Positions 60,666-64,000 of a DNA stretch of 64,000 nucleotides are shown here, piece after piece. The position numbers and the translations under genes are program-made. The notes below the pieces were generated by a model. It was not told the DNA's origin and searched no databases. It saw nothing but the letters and a program-made list of their open reading frames with translations. Origin of the DNA: an uncultured candidate division Zixibacteria bacterium (GTDB lineage Bacteria > Zixibacteria > MSB-5A5 > GN15 > FEB-12). Positions within the stretch are counted from its first letter, which is position 1, and each line of letters opens with the position of its first letter. The DNA is taken from positions 608,001 to 672,000 of the forward strand of contig CAVTJJ010000004.1 in the NCBI GenBank assembly GCA_963735035.1. Reading direction: 5' to 3'.

Positions 60666-62255
60666 TCACGGCCGGTAGTTGTAACCCGCTCGCCAGTAGA
60701 AATAGGCCACTTCGCGTCCAGCCTTGCGTAAAGATTCTTTCGATATATCGCCCAGTCTTTCGAAGTGTGACGTCATCATAGAATCCGATAGCTTCCGCTC
60801 AGAGAAACTGAGCAATATAGTATTTCGCCCGGAAGCCGCTTCAGGAGGAACCCATCGGTTCCACATCAGACTGTTCTTCCCAAACAATCCTTCCGCAGCC
60901 ATTTCAACCAGCGAGTCGCCTTCTTCGCTGTCGCGATCATAGAAACTGGCCTCGCTGGCAATCCAATAAATATCAAGACCGACCACTAACGGCTCGGATT
61001 GCGTCTCCGCTTTCAGTTTCGATTCAAGCTGATCTACCCTCTGGCCGAACTCTTCCCACGCGACCGGGATCGGCATTCCATTCGGCACCGGCGTACCGGG
61101 CATGCCTGCCACGATATAGCTAAAACCGGCAGCGTAGAAAACGAGCAACGCCACGCCAGTGAATTTCCAGAGCGGGATGTAGAGTTTCTTCCACCACTTT
61201 GAATAGGACGAGGCTGATATGCGTCTCAACTCCGAGGCCATCATCGGCAGGACCGCCAGCCAGACCGGGCCGGTCCAGTTGAGTTTCGGCTGGCCCTGCA
61301 GGCTATGAATGACAAAGACGCCCAGAGGCACTACTGTAAACACCAGCATGAACAGGCGGCGTCGGGCAATCGAATCATCGGGGCTTGAACCGAAGTTCGT
61401 TCGAAGTCCACAGCACCGGGCTATCGAACGCCCCGCTTCAACCACTCCCAAAGGTGTCAGAAGTACGAGCGCACTTCCGATCAGCGTGTGCAAGTGGAAT
61501 CTAATTCCTTCGGACCAGCGGCGGGTGGATTGAAACGCGAATGAAACCCATTCGTGGGTGTAGTTCCAGTAGATGACCGGCATGAACAGTAAGAAGCCGA
61601 TCGCCAGTGCCGCATACGGTTCCCAACGAATCAGCCAACGGCGAGAGTCTTTGTCTATGATCACAAACAACGCTGTCGCCGGTATCAGAAGCCCCATGGT
61701 GTACTTAGAGAGAAGCCCGAGTCCGAGACAGATGCCCACACCCCACCAAGCTTTCGATTTGTTTGCCAGTAGCGCTCGTTCGAGATAGAACAGACACGCA
61801 GCCCAGGCGGCGTAAAAGGGCGCGTCTGGGGTCATCAGAAATCCCACTGACATGTAGATGGGTAGCTGAGCCAGAAGCAGAATCACCCAGACTGCGGTAG
61901 CTCGGTCGAACAGGTTCTGAGCGAATCGAAACATGAACCAGCAGAATATGAACCACTCCAGAAATGCCGGCAGGCGCACAACAAACTCGCTCCGGCCCAG
62001 AATCGCACCGAACAGCCAATTCATCCAGGCGGTCATCGGGGGATGATCGAGATACCCAATATCGATATGCTGGGCATAGCTCCAATAGTAGGCCTCTTCG
62101 GGCAGAAGGTCCAGCCAACCCAGGAACACCAGCCTCACCAGTACGGACAGAGCCAGAACACCCAGCCAGACGCGCGAAAGTCCGGCCTGCTCAAACTCGC
62201 TGTACACAAGCTTGATAAGTTGTTGAAGGGTGTGGAGTAAGCTTCTACCTGGCAC
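60666..62255 (-). CDS. GT-C (ArnT/PMT, family 39) membrane glycosyltransferase
   Basis: PEEAYYW, GYLDHPP, VRLP, TPD, GLLSKY. Confidence 0.9.
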   Translation of the reverse strand: MPGRSLLHTLQQLIKLVYSEFEQAGLSRVWLGVLALSVLVRLVFLGWLDLLPEEAYYWSYAQHIDIGYLDHPPMTAWMNWLFGAILGRSEFVVRLPAFLEWFIFCWFMFRFAQNLFDRATAVWVILLLAQLPIYMSVGFLMTPDAPFYAAWAACLFYLERALLANKSKAWWGVGICLGLGLLSKYTMGLLIPATALFVIIDKDSRRWLIRWEPYAALAIGFLLFMPVIYWNYTHEWVSFAFQSTRRWSEGIRFHLHTLIGSALVLLTPLGVVEAGRSIARCCGLRTNFGSSPDDSIARRRLFMLVFTVVPLGVFVIHSLQGQPKLNWTGPVWLAVLPMMASELRRISASSYSKWWKKLYIPLWKFTGVALLVFYAAGFSYIVAGMPGTPVPNGMPIPVAWEEFGQRVDQLESKLKAETQSEPLVVGLDIYWIASEASFYDRDSEEGDSLVEMAAEGLFGKNSLMWNRWVPPEAASGRNTILLSFSERKLSDSMMTSHFERLGDISKESLRKAGREVAYFYWRAGYNYRP

Positions 62256-62494
62256 AGTTCGAATCCCTCGGTTTTCAATAGCTCAATTGCCCCAAAATGA
62301 CGGCCGGGTCAACTAAAGACTGTGATGGCACACTCCGGGTGTCGTCCACGCCCTGAACGCGAGAGTAATGGCAGGTTCTTTCCGTTAGGGCTCGGAAAAA
62401 TGTTCCTTTAGGACTGTCCGCACACCCCTCACACACCCTCCGTCAAAACCGTAAGGTCCTGAATAGCAACGACATTTACATCACCATTATCGTT

Positions 62495-62510
62495 TGGCAC
62501 GAATCGTGCA
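62495..62510 (+). promoter_or_regulatory. Sigma54 -24/-12 promoter
   Basis: TGGCAC-gaatc-GTGCA with GG and GC 12 nt apart, about 40 nt before ATG 62551. Confidence 0.7.
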
Positions 62511-62550
62511 ATATGGGCGTCGGGTAAATGCTGTTTTGTGGAGTTTATTA

Positions 62551-63378
62551 ATGACTGGCGACGCTAACAAGAAGAAAGAAGCCCCGAAGCCGGCAGCGGC
62601 CGCAAAGGCCGATTTGGTCGAAAAGGTCGAAAAGACCGAAGCGACCGAAAAGACCGAAAAAACCGGCAAGAGCAGTCTGGTGAAATACCTGCTGTTCGGC
62701 GGGGCTGGACTCGTGGCGGTCGTTCTGATCGCCGTGGTCACTTTGCTTCTGGTTGGCGGTGGCAAATCAAACGCCCCGGCAACTACAAGCGCTTCCGATT
62801 CCACAACCCAAGCTTCTGCTCCGGCCAAAGCCAACGACTCCGCCAATTCGGGCGACTCAACTTCAGGCAATGACAGCCTTGAAGCGCTGCTGGCGAAAGA
62901 CACGTCGCTGGCGTTTCTCGATCAGGGCAAGGTCGCCATGGAGACGATCGTTTCTAATCTCCAGGCTCTGGACCAGCCTCCGACCGAGAAAGATTTGTTG
63001 GCCGCCGAGTCTACCATGTCTAAAGCTGATTCTCTGGCCGCAGCCGATTGGCTCAGTCAGGAAAAGGCCAAGCTGACCACCCGGGAAAAAGACCTCGATT
63101 CGCGCGAGAAAAATCTCAATGTCCGGGAAAGCAAAGTTCAGCAGGGGATCACCCGGCTCGAACAGGCGGAATCGTCGCGTATCGCCAAGCTGGCCGCTCT
63201 CTATGATGGTATGGACCCGAGTGCGGTGGCCAAGCTGGCCGCCAGTCTCGATGACGAAACGGTCGTGGCGCTTCTTCCTCGGATGAAGCCCAAGAATGCC
63301 TCGGCTGTTCTGAGTCTCGTCCCCCCGGCTCGGGCGGCGAAGCTTTCCAAACAAATGGTAACGATTGCGGATAACTAA
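62551..63378 (+). CDS. MotE/FlbB (YlxF)-like flagellar protein
   Basis: TM, coiled coil, LAALYDGMDP..AKL..LD...LLPRMKP.NAS.VL MgtE-N-like domain. Confidence 0.75.
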   Translation: MTGDANKKKEAPKPAAAAKADLVEKVEKTEATEKTEKTGKSSLVKYLLFGGAGLVAVVLIAVVTLLLVGGGKSNAPATTSASDSTTQASAPAKANDSANSGDSTSGNDSLEALLAKDTSLAFLDQGKVAMETIVSNLQALDQPPTEKDLLAAESTMSKADSLAAADWLSQEKAKLTTREKDLDSREKNLNVRESKVQQGITRLEQAESSRIAKLAALYDGMDPSAVAKLAASLDDETVVALLPRMKPKNASAVLSLVPPARAAKLSKQMVTIADN

Positions 63379-64000
63379 TGTTGTCAGGACCGACTAACAT
63401 ACTCGACCAACTGCTCGGCGGATTTGAAGCCAAGCCCTTCGATGTCACCGGTAACGGTGGACAAGGGATTGGTTCCGATGCCGCTGGAATTATGTTCGGC
63501 GAACTTCTGGCCGGACTGATGCAGGGTGGTCAATTAGCGGTCGATCCGAATACGGCTCAACTTAGCGCATGCTTGTTTCCGTCGAGCGACCAGCCGGTTG
63601 CACAGGATGGGGCTCCGGCTGGTCAATCGTCGGGTGATCAATCATTAATAGGGCAGGCCGCGGTTCAGGCTGCCGCTAACCAGCCGTTTATGCTGTTTGC
63701 GGCCGCGTCAACGATCAACCCGTTGACCGATGCTTTGGCGCCCAAGATTTCATCCGAGGCTATAGCTAATCCGAACGCCTCCGGCGATCTGAAGTCACTT
63801 AACGGTGCCACTCCGAATACCAACGCTCCGGTCTATAACATCGTTGATTTCCAGGTCCAGGGCGGCATGGTCGAACTGACCGCTGTCACGGCGGATCAGC
63901 CGACCAAACCGGTAACGGTATCGATTCCTACCGCCGTGCTTGCCGAAGCGATAAATGAGAAGATTGCCAAGCTGAGTGGTGTTGACAATCAGGATGGCAA
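63378..64000 (+). CDS. Probable flagellar hook-length control protein FliK, N-terminal part (runs off window)
   Basis: ATG overlaps preceding stop (TAATG); open low-complexity A/G/S/Q frame; FliK usually follows MotE/YlxF. Confidence 0.45.
   Translation, partial: MLSGPTNILDQLLGGFEAKPFDVTGNGGQGIGSDAAGIMFGELLAGLMQGGQLAVDPNTAQLSACLFPSSDQPVAQDGAPAGQSSGDQSLIGQAAVQAAANQPFMLFAAASTINPLTDALAPKISSEAIANPNASGDLKSLNGATPNTNAPVYNIVDFQVQGGMVELTAVTADQPTKPVTVSIPTAVLAEAINEKIAKLSGVDNQDG

Noticed and set aside
62620..62668. 9-bp EKT-type repeats in the motE-like gene
   Set aside because: Ordinary low-complexity N-terminal linker

Overview
GC-rich bacterial chromosome segment. The T9SS/FlgD-like secreted proteins, N-terminal-only GlmU and flagellar genes suggest an FCB-group organism such as candidate Zixibacteria (inference). 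It is mostly housekeeping genes: panC/panD, rsfS, rho, ftsEX-envC, holB, ricT, metG, tatD, rsmA, pdxJ-like, rluD, mreB, rnr, dgt, holA, cmk, plsC, rpsA, dus and mtaB. It also holds two ECF sigma/anti-sigma envelope-stress modules, several secreted proteins and the start of a sigma54-preceded flagellar operon. At least nine single-base indels break eight genes, including rho and metG, and most likely reflect long-read error. Intergenic regions are crowded with several families of REP/RPE-like palindromes, some nested inside others or assembled into composite ~280-bp repeats. The most notable locus is a REP-flanked island at 12.3-15.9 kb. It has a membrane-anchored CxxC redoxin, a six-cysteine secreted miniprotein gene missed by the ORF track, and a large CTD-bearing secreted protein. 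The miniprotein gene is bracketed by an 18/19-bp inverted repeat and has an RBS-sequestering hairpin. Also notable are several apparent pseudo-enzymes (PdxJ, Nudix, FtsE, RNase H fold), leaderless promoters and a stand-alone AT-richer Upf1/DNA2-like helicase. No rRNA, tRNA, CRISPR array or transposase was recognised.
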